64,000 nucleotides of DNA from an uncultured Gammaproteobacteria bacterium (GTDB lineage Bacteria > Patescibacteriota > Microgenomatia > UBA8517): positions 14,751 to 78,750 of the forward strand of contig CAYMZX010000001.1 in the NCBI GenBank assembly GCA_964395115.1. Direction: 5' to 3'. Positions within the stretch are counted from its first letter, which is position 1. The number at the start of each line of letters is the position of its first letter. Both the position numbers and the translations under genes were made by a program. Positions 9,538-19,347 of this stretch are shown in pieces. The notes beneath the pieces were generated by a model. The model did no database searches. It saw only the letters and a list, made by a program, of their open reading frames with translations, and had not been told where the DNA came from.

Positions 9538-10539
9538 ATGAGAAAAGAGGCCTTGTATGCGATTTTGGCTGGAAGTGTTTTGGGTCTTGTTATCGCTTTC
9601 GGAGTCTGGCGAGCTAATATTGCCTTCTCCCCGGGAAAGGAATCTCCCAAAACGGTTTTTTCTCCTTCCCCAAAACCGGAGTTTGCCATTACTTTGGTAA
9701 AGCCCCAATCGAATGCGGTCATCACTGAGGATTCGGTTATTTTAAGTGGCATTTCCAAGCCAAATTCCCATATCGTGATTTTGGGAGAGAAGAGAGACTA
9801 TTACACCAAATCTGACACTAAAGGCGAGTTTGAAATTGAAATTGAACTATTACCTGCCGTCAATCAAATAATAATTACCGCCTTTGACGATCAAGGAACA
9901 GAAACATCATTAAATCTTCTGCTTGTTTATTCTTCAGAATTCAAAAAATACTTAGGGGATATCTCTTCTTCTGAACCTATTAGCGATGGTTCAGTCCGGA
10001 GCAGGGTCGAACAAAAGGTCAAAGAAACTTTTGCCTCTCCCTCCGCCACCCTGGGTACGGTAACCGATATCTCCGAAGGAACTATTCAAATAAAAAGTCC
10101 GGTTGGTGAAATTGAACAATTATCAATCAGCGAAGACATCTCGGTTATTAAAAAAAGTGGTAAAACTAGCAAAGAAGTCAAACTTTTAGACGTAGCAATC
10201 GGAGACTTTATTGTAGCGATGGGTTTTAAAAATGGGAATGGAGTCATAAACACAAAAAGAATTCTCATCACTGATCCTTTGCCGCCGGTTTTCCGCCGGT
10301 CGGTATTTGCTAAAGTCGTAAAAAACGATAAAAAAGAGGTCGTCACTCAGTTGGTCAGGTCACAAGAAGAACAGAAAATCGTTCCCTCGAGTGAAATCTC
10401 TGCTTATCTATTGACCGAAGGTAAATATTCGAAAATTAAATTTAGCGAAATTAAAATTGATGATTTAATCATTGCCGCTGGAGAAGGGCCAGGTGGATCT
10501 CTTCAAACAAGAACCATTTTCGTCGTTCGCCGCCCCTAA
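9538..10539 (+). CDS. membrane-anchored exported protein, unknown function
   Basis: N-terminal transmembrane anchor (ALYAILAGSVLGLVIAFGVW) then a ~300-aa beta-rich domain. Confidence 0.45.
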   Translation: MRKEALYAILAGSVLGLVIAFGVWRANIAFSPGKESPKTVFSPSPKPEFAITLVKPQSNAVITEDSVILSGISKPNSHIVILGEKRDYYTKSDTKGEFEIEIELLPAVNQIIITAFDDQGTETSLNLLLVYSSEFKKYLGDISSSEPISDGSVRSRVEQKVKETFASPSATLGTVTDISEGTIQIKSPVGEIEQLSISEDISVIKKSGKTSKEVKLLDVAIGDFIVAMGFKNGNGVINTKRILITDPLPPVFRRSVFAKVVKNDKKEVVTQLVRSQEEQKIVPSSEISAYLLTEGKYSKIKFSEIKIDDLIIAAGEGPGGSLQTRTIFVVRRP

Positions 10540-10632
10540 ATCGACGGATTTACTTCCTTGCTAGAAGATGGTTAACATTACGACTGGCTGTAAGACTGGT
10601 TTTTTGTATCTAGAAAGGATACTATTAGAAAA

Positions 10633-11538
10633 ATGAGGAAAGGACCTTTAACTCCGAAGGGATTCCGAGACATCGAACCGGTGTTGGCAAAAAAACGTCG
10701 GCAGGTAGTTTCTACGCTCGGTGACGTTTTAGAAAAGTTCGGCTTTGTACCCTTGGAGACTCCCACCATCGAATTTGCCGATACGCTTTTGGGTAAATAT
10801 GGCGAGGAAGAAAAATTAATTTACCAATTCAAAGATAAGGGCGGACGAAAACTGGCATTAAGATACGATTTGACGGTACCCCTCGCTCGCTACGTAGCCA
10901 ATAACCTCGGCGTTCTTAACCCCACATTTCTGCGATACCAGGTCGGCCAGGTTTTTAGGGGCGAGAATCCTCAAAAAGGGCGATACCGAGAATTCACTCA
11001 GTTTGATTTCGACTCGGTAGGCAGCGACGATCTTGAGGAAGACGCCAAGGTAATTGCGGCTGCGATTACATGCCTTCGAGTTTTAGGTTTGAAAAGTGCC
11101 AAAATGGCAATAAACGATAGAAAAAACTTTATCGGTTTAGCGCCGGAAATTGTCCGAGCTATAGACAAAATAGAAAAGATCGGCAAAGAAATAGTTAAAA
11201 AAGATCTTTCGAATAAGGGTTTCTCTGATAAAGATGTCGCCGCCATTGATGAGATAGAAAATATCAAACCTAACCAAAATCTTAATAAAATATTCTCAAT
11301 ATTGGAAAACAAATATACTTTCAAGAACGGGAAAGATTTCTTTTTCGACCCGACGTTAGCTCGTGGACTCGATTACTACACTGGGGCTATTTTTGAGCTG
11401 AAACCTACGGGTAAGAAAAAAGGACTTTCTATTGGTGGCGGAGGCAGATACGACAATCTGATCGGAATATTCGCTAACCGAAACATTCCGGCGGTCGGCT
11501 TCTCATTCGGAATAGATAGACTAGTAGAATTGGTTTGA
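10633..11538 (+). CDS. hisS: HisRS-like class II aaRS catalytic core (HisS/HisZ family) lacking anticodon-binding domain
   Basis: Motif 1 region (RDIEPVLAKKRRQVVSTLGDVLEKFGFVPLETP), HisRS motif 2 (FRGENPQKGRYREFTQFDFD), motif 3 (GGGGRYDNLIGIF...[15 protein letters not shown]). The protein ends right after motif 3 at 301 aa. Confidence 0.75.
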   Translation: MRKGPLTPKGFRDIEPVLAKKRRQVVSTLGDVLEKFGFVPLETPTIEFADTLLGKYGEEEKLIYQFKDKGGRKLALRYDLTVPLARYVANNLGVLNPTFLRYQVGQVFRGENPQKGRYREFTQFDFDSVGSDDLEEDAKVIAAAITCLRVLGLKSAKMAINDRKNFIGLAPEIVRAIDKIEKIGKEIVKKDLSNKGFSDKDVAAIDEIENIKPNQNLNKIFSILENKYTFKNGKDFFFDPTLARGLDYYTGAIFELKPTGKKKGLSIGGGGRYDNLIGIFANRNIPAVGFSFGIDRLVELV

Positions 11539-12452
11539 AAATGAACCCCTATCGCCTACATGCCTATTTACTCCTCCTAATTGTTTCTTTCATTTGGGGC
11601 ATTGCTGGAGTGGTCATAAAATTTACCCTAGCCGCTTTCCCTCCTCTTATCTTTCTGGCTTACCGTTTTGCCCTTTCTGCTCTTATCGCTTTGGTTTCTT
11701 TTTTAATCATCGGTTACAAAATCCCCGATGATAAAAAAATTTTTTGGGCGTCGCTTGTCTACGGCTTCTTAACCTCGACCATAGCCTTGGGTCTTCTATT
11801 TTTCGGCACCGAAGAAACTACAGCAGTCGACGCAACCCTAATTTCAGCCATTGCCCCGATAACCATCGCGGCCGCCGGAGCGATTTTTTTAAAAGAACAT
11901 ATAACCTTTAGGGAAGGGGCAGGAATAACCATCGCTCTCTCGGGAACTATCATTACAATCGCCGAACCAATTCTTAAAAACGGCGCTAGTTATTCCGGTT
12001 TGGGAGGAAACCTTTTAGTCTTCGCTTCGGTCTTAACAAGTACAATAACCGCAGTCCTGGCCAAAATAATTTTGAGAAAGAAAGTCAATCCTCTGTATGC
12101 AACAAACGTTGCCTTCATTGTTGGTTTTGTTACCACTACCCCAATTGCTTTCTTAGTTCATGGTCCGTCTGAGATTTTTAAAACAATTGTTTCCGCTCCT
12201 TTATCCTACCAGTTAGGAGTTGCCTATATGGCCCTAATTTCTGGCACCTTAGGCTATACTCTGTGGCATAAAGCTGTAAAAACAATTGAGATTGGCGAAG
12301 CCGGTCTTTTTGCTTACCTTTATCCTGTTTTTGGAACCCCGCTAGCAGTTTTTTGGCTTAAAGAAAAAATAACCCTTCCTTTCCTTGTTGGTGCCTTAGT
12401 TATTTTAATTGGTGTTTTGATTGCCGAATACAAGAAAAAAAGATATAATTGA
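11535..12452 (+). CDS. EamA/DMT-family transporter
   Basis: Ten predicted transmembrane helices in two EamA-like halves. ATGA overlap with upstream gene. Confidence 0.7.
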   Translation: MKMNPYRLHAYLLLLIVSFIWGIAGVVIKFTLAAFPPLIFLAYRFALSALIALVSFLIIGYKIPDDKKIFWASLVYGFLTSTIALGLLFFGTEETTAVDATLISAIAPITIAAAGAIFLKEHITFREGAGITIALSGTIITIAEPILKNGASYSGLGGNLLVFASVLTSTITAVLAKIILRKKVNPLYATNVAFIVGFVTTTPIAFLVHGPSEIFKTIVSAPLSYQLGVAYMALISGTLGYTLWHKAVKTIEIGEAGLFAYLYPVFGTPLAVFWLKEKITLPFLVGALVILIGVLIAEYKKKRYN

Positions 12453-12484
12453 CCAAGTTTATAAACGGTTTGGAATTAACAATT

Positions 12485-12799
12485 ATGAAGGCTCAAATTC
12501 ACCCCTATTGGTATCCAGAAGCAAAAGTTATCTGTGCTTGTGGAAATACTTTTTTAGTAGGAGCGACTGTTCCCGAAATAAGGGTTGAGGTCTGTTCCCA
12601 TTGTCATCCCTTTTATACGGGCCAGATGAAATATGTTGATACGGCGGGCCGGGTTGAATCTTTTAAATCGAAACGGGCTAAGGCTTCGCAAATAAAGATT
12701 TCCAAAAAAGAGAAAAGGCGGTTGAAAAAACTTAAAAGAATTGAGGAAGAATTGGAAAGGCCAGATACCCTGGAAGCTCTCCGGGCCAAGAAAAAATAA
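12485..12799 (+). CDS. rpmE: 50S ribosomal protein L31 with Lys-rich C-terminal extension
   Basis: [47 protein letters not shown] matches L31 including the CxxC...CxxC zinc motif. Start trimmed to internal Met. Confidence 0.85.
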   Translation: MKAQIHPYWYPEAKVICACGNTFLVGATVPEIRVEVCSHCHPFYTGQMKYVDTAGRVESFKSKRAKASQIKISKKEKRRLKKLKRIEEELERPDTLEALRAKKK

Positions 12800-12808
12800 C
12801 TCTCACTT

Positions 12809-13510
12809 ATGGATGGGTCTCTTCAGAATCTTTATTTGGAAGTACGTGGGGCAACTGGCGGGAATGAAGCCAAGATTTGGTCGATGGACCTTCTCCGAAT
12901 GTATTTAAGATACGCTTCTAGGAAAGGGTGGAAAGTAACCCCAATCGACGCCAATGTTCTCAAAATCTCTGGGTTCCAAGCTTTTGACCTTCTCAAGAAT
13001 GAGGCGGGTGTTCATCGTGTTCAAAGAATTCCTGTTACCGAACGGAGGGGTAGAATTCATACTTCAACGGCTACGGTAGTTGTTTTGCCCGAAATTAAAG
13101 ATTCGGAAATAAGAATCCCTCTAGATGATATCCATATAGAATTTTTTAGAGCCAGCTCTCAGGGCGGACAAAATGTCCAGAAAGTTTCAACGGCAGTCCG
13201 GATCAAACATATCCCCAGCGGGATCGTGATCAGCGCCCAACGAGAAAGATCCCAAGAACAGAATAGAAAAATTGCCATGGATCTTTTACGGGCTAAACTT
13301 TGGGAGAGAAAAGAAGAGGAAAAAATGCGAACTATCGCGGGTTACCGATCAGTCATCGGCCGTGGCATGAGAGCCGAGAAAATAAGAACTTATAATTTCC
13401 CCCAAAACAGGGTTACCGATCATCGAATTGGAAAGTCTTGGGGAAATCTTGAAAACATTATGGATGGTGATTTGAGTAAAATAATTCTCGCCTGTCAAGG
13501 GATCGATTGA
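12809..13510 (+). CDS. class I peptide chain release factor, RF1-like, lacking N-terminal domain 1
   Basis: Codon-recognition tripeptide P-V-T in RIPVTERRGRIHTS (RF1 PxT motif) and GGQ motif (SSQGGQNVQKVSTAVRIKHIPSGIV). An in-frame TAA lies 9 nt upstream of the ATG, so no N-terminal extension is possible in this frame. Confidence 0.75.
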   Translation: MDGSLQNLYLEVRGATGGNEAKIWSMDLLRMYLRYASRKGWKVTPIDANVLKISGFQAFDLLKNEAGVHRVQRIPVTERRGRIHTSTATVVVLPEIKDSEIRIPLDDIHIEFFRASSQGGQNVQKVSTAVRIKHIPSGIVISAQRERSQEQNRKIAMDLLRAKLWERKEEEKMRTIAGYRSVIGRGMRAEKIRTYNFPQNRVTDHRIGKSWGNLENIMDGDLSKIILACQGID

Positions 13511-13516
13511 CGTCGA

Positions 13517-14662
13517 TTATTGAGAAAATTCGGAGAGAAGAACCGAAAGATTCAATTTTTGACCATTTCTCCAAATTTCCAAATTTACCTGCTCGCCAGG
13601 TTTCTTTTTCTTAATCTCGTCTGCCAAGGTATTGTTTTCACTTAGCTCTTGGCCGGCAAACTTAGTAATGATATCATCGGCCAATATTCCTGCAGATTCC
13701 GCGGGGGAACCTGTAATTACTTCCACCACATACGCCCCGGTTGGAATATTATTCAAAATAGCCATTCGTCTCGAAATCATTTGATATTGAACACCAAGAT
13801 ACGGCTTGGGAGCGAATCTCCCCGTTTCCTTAAATGTCTTTAGAGCTTCTTTAACTATATTAATAGGAAGGGCGAAGCCGATATTTTGGGCTTCTTGAGC
13901 AACTGCTACATTTACCCCAATTACTTGGCCGGCAGAATTTAGAAGCGGCCCGCCCGAATTACCCGGATTGATAGCCGCATCGGTTTGAATAACATCATCT
14001 AATTTTTCCACATAACCCTCCAGTATACTGCCCGCAATAATTCCCCTCCCAAGACCGGAAATAACGCCGGTGGTTACCGTATGGCGAAATTCTCCCAGAG
14101 CGGTGCCAATAGCTATCACGAACTGACCGACTTTAAGACTACTTGAGTCTCCGAGTTCCAACGGTTTGAGACCAAGGGCATCTATTTTGAGAATAGCAAT
14201 GTCGTTCGACGGATCCCGGCTTATTTGTTTCACATCATATTCCTTTCCATCTTTGGTAATTACTTTGTAGGTAGCCCGGGTATCGGAAACAACGTGTTTA
14301 TTAGTCACTATAAGCCCATCTGATGAAACAACAAACCCCGTACCAATATCTTCTGGAATCCCGCCTTCAATCCTTTGCGTCAGCCCGCGAAAAGGTGAAA
14401 ATTGGAAAATTCTCCTAGCGGGACTCTGCTTAGAAACTGTTACAACCGAGGGTGAAGCCTTTTCGGCAACTTCGATGACTACTGATTCTTCGTTTAATAT
14501 TTTTTGGTCGAGCCGGAAACTACTGGAACGCGGAATAAGTTTATCAAGAGGTTTAATACCCCAAAGCCTGTCGGCTACCACTCCTCCACTAACGGCGGCT
14601 AAAACAATTAGGGTTAATGCTACTCCGATCAAAAATTTACGAATATTTAATCGTTTTTTCAT
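13517..14662 (-). CDS. HtrA/DegP-family serine protease with PDZ domain
   Basis: Trypsin-like motifs (TNKHVV His, D, GNSGGPLLN Ser) and C-terminal PDZ. N-terminal transmembrane anchor. Confidence 0.85.
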   Translation of the reverse strand: MKKRLNIRKFLIGVALTLIVLAAVSGGVVADRLWGIKPLDKLIPRSSSFRLDQKILNEESVVIEVAEKASPSVVTVSKQSPARRIFQFSPFRGLTQRIEGGIPEDIGTGFVVSSDGLIVTNKHVVSDTRATYKVITKDGKEYDVKQISRDPSNDIAILKIDALGLKPLELGDSSSLKVGQFVIAIGTALGEFRHTVTTGVISGLGRGIIAGSILEGYVEKLDDVIQTDAAINPGNSGGPLLNSAGQVIGVNVAVAQEAQNIGFALPINIVKEALKTFKETGRFAPKPYLGVQYQMISRRMAILNNIPTGAYVVEVITGSPAESAGILADDIITKFAGQELSENNTLADEIKKKKPGEQVNLEIWRNGQKLNLSVLLSEFSQ

Positions 14663-14680
14663 ATTCCTGTAACACTTTAA

Positions 14681-15961
14681 TTATAAAGATTGAGTCACTT
14701 CTATTGCTTTGTCAAGTTGTTCGTCTGCGGGCGTTTTTGGATCATCCGCAATTTCTATATCCGGCTCAAGCCCTTTTTCGTTTACCCAAAACCCGCTTGG
14801 ATTAAGCCATCTGGCAATCGTTATATGCAACCCGCTACCCCCCTCTAATTGGATGGGTTCTTGGATTGTTCCTTTTCCAAAGGTTTTCTGTCCAATCAGT
14901 TTTATCTTCCGAATATCTCTAAGGGCGCCAGCTAAAATTTCCGAAGCCGAAGCGCTTCCTTCATTAATTAATACCACCACCGGTATGTTATTAAGCAATC
15001 CCTGTCTTTCCACTTTGAATTCCTTTTTCGAGCCATCGTATTTCTCCTCAATCACTACCACTGATCCTATTTTAAGGAACTCCGAAGCAACATCGACCGC
15101 TCCCTGTAGATAACCACCGGGGTTGTTCCTTAAATCTAAGATTATGGCTTTTATTTCTCTTTTCTTCAAAATTTCCCTTACCGCCTTTCCCCATTCACCA
15201 TTGGTCTCACCGCCAAACTTAAGAAGTTTTATGTGGGCTATTTCTCCTCTTTCTCCAATATAGGAAAGAATAAGAGTTGGCACCTCCAATTTCTCCCGAA
15301 TCAACTCCTTGATCATGGGCTCTGTGTCCTCGTCTCGCAAAAGAGTCAAAGTTACTTTTGTCCCCGCCTTTCCTCTTATTAGCTGAACCGCTTCTGTGAG
15401 AGTAATCCCCGCTGTTGCTCGATCTATATTTCTGCCTTCGTCCTTGATGTTGATAATGTAATCTCCTGGTTTAACTCCCGCCTTTTCCGCGGGCGAATTT
15501 GGCAAAGGTGCTATTACGACCAACTGTTTTCCTTTAAACCCTATTTGGATTCCTACTCCCTCAAATTGGCCACTTAAATCCTCCTGGACTATTTTATTTT
15601 CGGACGGCGGTAGAAAGGTAGTGTAGGGGTCTTCAACGGCCGCCACCATTCCTTTGATAGCCCCGTAAACCATGTTCGCCGGAATAATTTTGGTTTTGTC
15701 GTAGTATTGAGAGGTTAATGTATCCCAAACTTGCCAGAATAGGGAAAAATCCAAATCGGTTTTGTCTGGGGGCATTTCTCTAACAATATTGACCTTAGGA
15801 AACTTTTTGATAGATACACGGTAGCCCTGAACACCAAAATAATAGCCGCCGCCAAAGAGAAGGAGCGAAACTAGTAAAACTAAGAAATATTTTCGGAAAG
15901 AAGCTAAGGTAAGTTTAGGTAACAAAGATTTAAAAATCATATAATGAGACCGTCTCAGCAT
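14681..15961 (-). CDS. C-terminal processing peptidase (S41, CtpA-like)
   Basis: PDZ domain plus S41 catalytic region LDLRNNPGGYLQ...; N-terminal membrane anchor. Confidence 0.85.
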   Translation of the reverse strand: MLRRSHYMIFKSLLPKLTLASFRKYFLVLLVSLLLFGGGYYFGVQGYRVSIKKFPKVNIVREMPPDKTDLDFSLFWQVWDTLTSQYYDKTKIIPANMVYGAIKGMVAAVEDPYTTFLPPSENKIVQEDLSGQFEGVGIQIGFKGKQLVVIAPLPNSPAEKAGVKPGDYIINIKDEGRNIDRATAGITLTEAVQLIRGKAGTKVTLTLLRDEDTEPMIKELIREKLEVPTLILSYIGERGEIAHIKLLKFGGETNGEWGKAVREILKKREIKAIILDLRNNPGGYLQGAVDVASEFLKIGSVVVIEEKYDGSKKEFKVERQGLLNNIPVVVLINEGSASASEILAGALRDIRKIKLIGQKTFGKGTIQEPIQLEGGSGLHITIARWLNPSGFWVNEKGLEPDIEIADDPKTPADEQLDKAIEVTQSL

Positions 15962-15969
15962 TATTTATA

Positions 15970-16209
15970 TTAGAGGCTATCGGAGAAAGGAAGAAGCCCC
16001 AAATGACGGGCCCTCTTAATCTCAATAGCCAATCTTCTCTGGTGTTTTGGACACACACCGCTCCTATTTCTTCCAATAATTTTAGCCCTATCTGAGATAA
16101 ATTTTGCGAGTTCTGTATAATTTTTATAATCGGGTTCTCCTGCATTTCTACAAAATGGGCAATTTCCCGATACGGCTTTTATCTTGGAGTGTAACCTTTT
16201 GGCGGCCAT
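15970..16209 (-). CDS. rpsR: 30S ribosomal protein S18
   Basis: CPFCRNAGEPDYKNYTELAKFISDRAKIIGRNRSGVCPKHQRRLAIEIKRAR is the S18 signature. Confidence 0.9.
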   Translation of the reverse strand: MAAKRLHSKIKAVSGNCPFCRNAGEPDYKNYTELAKFISDRAKIIGRNRSGVCPKHQRRLAIEIKRARHLGLLPFSDSL

Positions 16210-16221
16210 AGAGATTGATTT

Positions 16222-16746
16222 TTAGAAGGGAATTTCTTCGTCTTCTTCTTTTTCTTCTTTATTCTCTTCTTTGGTCTTTTTGGGTTGTTCTTTCTCTGCC
16301 TTTTCCGCTTCTAAATTCGCTTCCGCCGGTTCTTCTTCGACTATTGGCGGCTCTATTTGAGATTCGATTGGTTCCTCTGGTAATTCAATTTCTTCCCCTT
16401 GCCCGGCCTGAATACGGGAATCCAAAATTATCATGTCAGAAATTACAATCTCGGTTGAAGTGCGCTGAGTTCCATCTTGTCCTGTCCAACTCCTGGTTTG
16501 AAGTCGGCCTTCGACATAGACTTTTCTTCCTTTTGTTAAAAGCTGCGAACAAATTTCGGCTAATTTATTCCAAGCGACAAGACGGTGGAACTCTGCTTCC
16601 TCTTTCTTTTCCCCAGCCTCAGTTACCCATTGCCTGTTAGTTGCCAGGCCGAAAGTGCAAACCGCCGTTCCTTGGGGTGTATAACGAAGCTCCGGATCCC
16701 TCGTTAAATTCCCAATTAAAATTACCTTATTTAGACTTCTTGCCAT
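16222..16746 (-). CDS. ssb: single-stranded DNA-binding protein
   Basis: OB-fold N-terminus (KVILIGNLTRDPELRYTPQGTAVCTFGLATN), acidic C-terminal tail ending DEEIPF. Confidence 0.9.
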   Translation of the reverse strand: MARSLNKVILIGNLTRDPELRYTPQGTAVCTFGLATNRQWVTEAGEKKEEAEFHRLVAWNKLAEICSQLLTKGRKVYVEGRLQTRSWTGQDGTQRTSTEIVISDMIILDSRIQAGQGEEIELPEEPIESQIEPPIVEEEPAEANLEAEKAEKEQPKKTKEENKEEKEEDEEIPF

Positions 16747-16749
16747 ATA

Positions 16750-17034
16750 TTAATCTTTCTTTACTAATAAATAGCGAATAATGTCGTCGTTCGCCTTTAA
16801 CTTGTTAATTAAATTCTTCACCCCCTCGCTTTCTAATTCTACGACAAAGTGCAAAAAAAGACCAGAGGTGGATTTTCTAATCCTGTAGGCCAGGTCTTTA
16901 ATCCCCCATTCTTCAACCCTTATGTTTTTCCCGTTGGAAACAGCGACAAGTTTTTCTATGGTCCGAGCCATCGTGTTTTTCTTAGTAGACGATGTTTTAC
17001 CATCTAGGACAATCGTTAATTCGTATTTTCGCAT
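16750..17034 (-). CDS. rpsF: 30S ribosomal protein S6
   Basis: MRKYELTIVLD... S6 fold and the conserved rpsF-ssb-rpsR order. Confidence 0.85.
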   Translation of the reverse strand: MRKYELTIVLDGKTSSTKKNTMARTIEKLVAVSNGKNIRVEEWGIKDLAYRIRKSTSGLFLHFVVELESEGVKNLINKLKANDDIIRYLLVKKD

Positions 17035-17088
17035 AAACGGTAAAGTATAACATTTGAAAGTTTCGGCTTCAATTGTTAAAATCGCCCC

Positions 17089-17289
17089 ATGAACAAAGAG
17101 GCCAGGGTGGTGAAAAACCCATTGAGAGAGATTTCTTCGAAATCGCTTAGGGAATTAGCCGGCCACCTAGCCAGCCAATTTGGAACAGAAGTCTCTCTGT
17201 TTAAAGATTTGATGGCGGCCGCAAATGCCCTCGACGAAGGAGAACCTGAAAAAGCTTGTAGAATTCTAGGGGTTAAAATCCAACCTTAA
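17089..17289 (+). CDS. small hypothetical protein
   Basis: 66-aa ORF in an otherwise gene-free gap between rpsF and ychF. No motif. Confidence 0.25.
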   Translation: MNKEARVVKNPLREISSKSLRELAGHLASQFGTEVSLFKDLMAAANALDEGEPEKACRILGVKIQP

Positions 17290-18208
17290 ATTCAACTACG
17301 TCTTTGTCTTGTACAATGTAATCTCTTCCTTCGAGACGTATTTTCCCTTTTTCTTTAGCTTCTTTCCAACCCCCCACCCTCAATAATTCCAGAAGGTTTA
17401 CCACTTCTGCTTTGATAAAATTTTTGGCGAAATCGGTGTGGACTTCTCCGGCCGCATCAATTGCTGTTGAGCCGCTTTTTATACTCCATGCATGAACTTC
17501 TTTTCCCCTTTTAATCGTATAAAAAGTAATCAGGTTTAAAAGACTGTAAGTATGAAGTATAAGTCTTTCCAGCCCTGACTTTTCAATCCCCAACTGTCCT
17601 AAATAATCTTTTCTTTCTTGCTCGTTCAAATCGATTAGCTCCTCTTCGAGCTTTGCCGAAATAAGGAGAGCTTTTTCCTTGAACTTTTGTTCAACTTGGG
17701 CCAATAAGTCGATATTATTCAAGTCATTTTCATCAACATTTAAAACAAAGATTTCGGGTTTACCTGTTATTCCACCCAATTCAAGCTCTAGGTTAACTAC
17801 TTCTATATCCTCAAGGACCTGCTCCCGCGAACCGGGCTCATGGGTTGGATGTTGATGGGAAACACCCGGATCTTCAAACGCACGGACCACATGAACAATC
17901 GCATCCACTTCCCTAATTTTTGCCAAAAATTGGTTTCCTAACCCTTCGCCTTTATGAGCTCCTCTAACCAATCCGGCAATGTCAATAAAAGTGATCGTTG
18001 CCGGGACAGTTTTTTCGGGCTTAACTAGTTTCGATAGAGAAACCAGATCACCATCCGGAACAGATATAACAGCCTCGTGTGGCTTAATGGTAGTAAACGG
18101 ACGGGGTGCTGTTTCCGCCAATCGCCTGCTTGCCAAAGCATTAAAAAGTGTCGACTTGCCTGCGTTTGGCAACCCTACTATTCCAACCGATAGGCTCGCG
18201 GTGGACAT
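17273..18208 (-). CDS. ychF: ribosome-binding ATPase YchF (Obg-family)
   Basis: G1 GIVGLPNAGKSTLFNAL, TFTT, DIAGLV G3 motif, C-terminal TGS domain ending DYIVQDKDVVEFKVGF. Confidence 0.85.
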   Translation of the reverse strand: MSTASLSVGIVGLPNAGKSTLFNALASRRLAETAPRPFTTIKPHEAVISVPDGDLVSLSKLVKPEKTVPATITFIDIAGLVRGAHKGEGLGNQFLAKIREVDAIVHVVRAFEDPGVSHQHPTHEPGSREQVLEDIEVVNLELELGGITGKPEIFVLNVDENDLNNIDLLAQVEQKFKEKALLISAKLEEELIDLNEQERKDYLGQLGIEKSGLERLILHTYSLLNLITFYTIKRGKEVHAWSIKSGSTAIDAAGEVHTDFAKNFIKAEVVNLLELLRVGGWKEAKEKGKIRLEGRDYIVQDKDVVEFKVGF

Positions 18209-18211
18209 TTT

Positions 18212-18691
18212 TTATTTTCTCTCGATTAGTCCATCAAGGATTAAATAATCTTCGCTTGCTTTCTTTAGCTGTGGGTTTGTATTCCTAATATTCACCAGCC
18301 AATTTTTGGCGTCTTCTCGCCAAAGTTGGTATGCTTCCTCAAAACCCTCTTCGGTTGTCCAATCAATTTCTTGCATTTTCTTCAAAATCTTTCCAAGTTG
18401 TTCCTTTACTTCAGGCGGAGTCTCCGGGCGGTCAATCTCCCAATTAAGCCGCCAAGAAATCGTCTCCCACGCAAGAATTGAATTCTCCCGGTTGAAGCTT
18501 CCGAGTCGAGTGGGCCCGAAAGCGTTGCCGTCGTCTCCAATAATGTTTTCTATAATATAGCCCCGGGCAATATGTTCAGGGTCCAACCCAACTTCTTTTG
18601 CTTTTTGTCTAATCTCTTCAATTTTTTTTTGGGGGTATTCTATCCACTCTCGCTGTTTCTCTTCTAATTCTGAATCTTTAAGTTCTGTCAT
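18212..18691 (-). CDS. hypothetical protein
   Basis: 159-aa acidic/helical ORF between ychF and the HAD hydrolase. No recognisable motif. Confidence 0.4.
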   Translation of the reverse strand: MTELKDSELEEKQREWIEYPQKKIEEIRQKAKEVGLDPEHIARGYIIENIIGDDGNAFGPTRLGSFNRENSILAWETISWRLNWEIDRPETPPEVKEQLGKILKKMQEIDWTTEEGFEEAYQLWREDAKNWLVNIRNTNPQLKKASEDYLILDGLIERK

Positions 18692-18693
18692 TT

Positions 18694-19347
18694 TTATATT
18701 TTTTCGATAGCCATAGAATTAAGCTGATCATAACCTCTGATTACTAAGTCGGCTTTCTTTAAAGACATAGCGTGTTTGCTATCTCGACTAAGAGCGATTA
18801 CCTTCATTCCCGCTTGGTGAGCTGCTTCGATCCCCGATTCCGAATCTTCAATAACTAAACAGTGTTCCGGTTTAACATCAATTTTGTCGGCCGCCACCAA
18901 AAATAGATCAGGGGCGGGTTTTTTAAGGATAACCTCTTCACCTGTGGTAATGCTATCAAAAAGATCCTGCAATTTAGGAATTTTTTTGAAGGCCGCCTCA
19001 ACAACAAACCAAACGCTCGATGTTGCCAAAGCTGTTTTTATTCCACTTTTTTTTAATTCTTCAATAAATTTCTCTAACCCCTTTTTTATCCTTATTTTGG
19101 GAAGAAGTTTTAGATACTCTTCCTGAGTTTCACTCGCCAGTTCATCCAAAGATTTCTTGGTCTTAACTTTGTATTTCCTGAGAAGCCCCGGCCAATTTTC
19201 TTTGACTCCTATTCCTCCTGTTTGCGGATAATCGGTATGAACTTTTGCCCCCAATCTACCCAAAACTTTTTTGAAGGCTAGACCGTATTCGTCTTCATTT
19301 GAAAGCACCGTTCCGTCTAAATCAAAAATAACTGCCGCAATTTTCAT
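18694..19347 (-). CDS. HAD-IA family hydrolase (beta-phosphoglucomutase-like)
   Basis: HAD motif I IFDLDGTVL, motif II (ATSS), motif III/IV (K...EDSESGIEAAHQAGM). Confidence 0.75.
   Translation of the reverse strand: MKIAAVIFDLDGTVLSNEDEYGLAFKKVLGRLGAKVHTDYPQTGGIGVKENWPGLLRKYKVKTKKSLDELASETQEEYLKLLPKIRIKKGLEKFIEELKKSGIKTALATSSVWFVVEAAFKKIPKLQDLFDSITTGEEVILKKPAPDLFLVAADKIDVKPEHCLVIEDSESGIEAAHQAGMKVIALSRDSKHAMSLKKADLVIRGYDQLNSMAIEKI

Noticed and set aside
16215-16640. 141-aa + strand ORF rich in Leu/Pro
   Set aside because: Lies entirely antisense to the well-supported ssb gene. Low-complexity translation typical of an antisense artefact.
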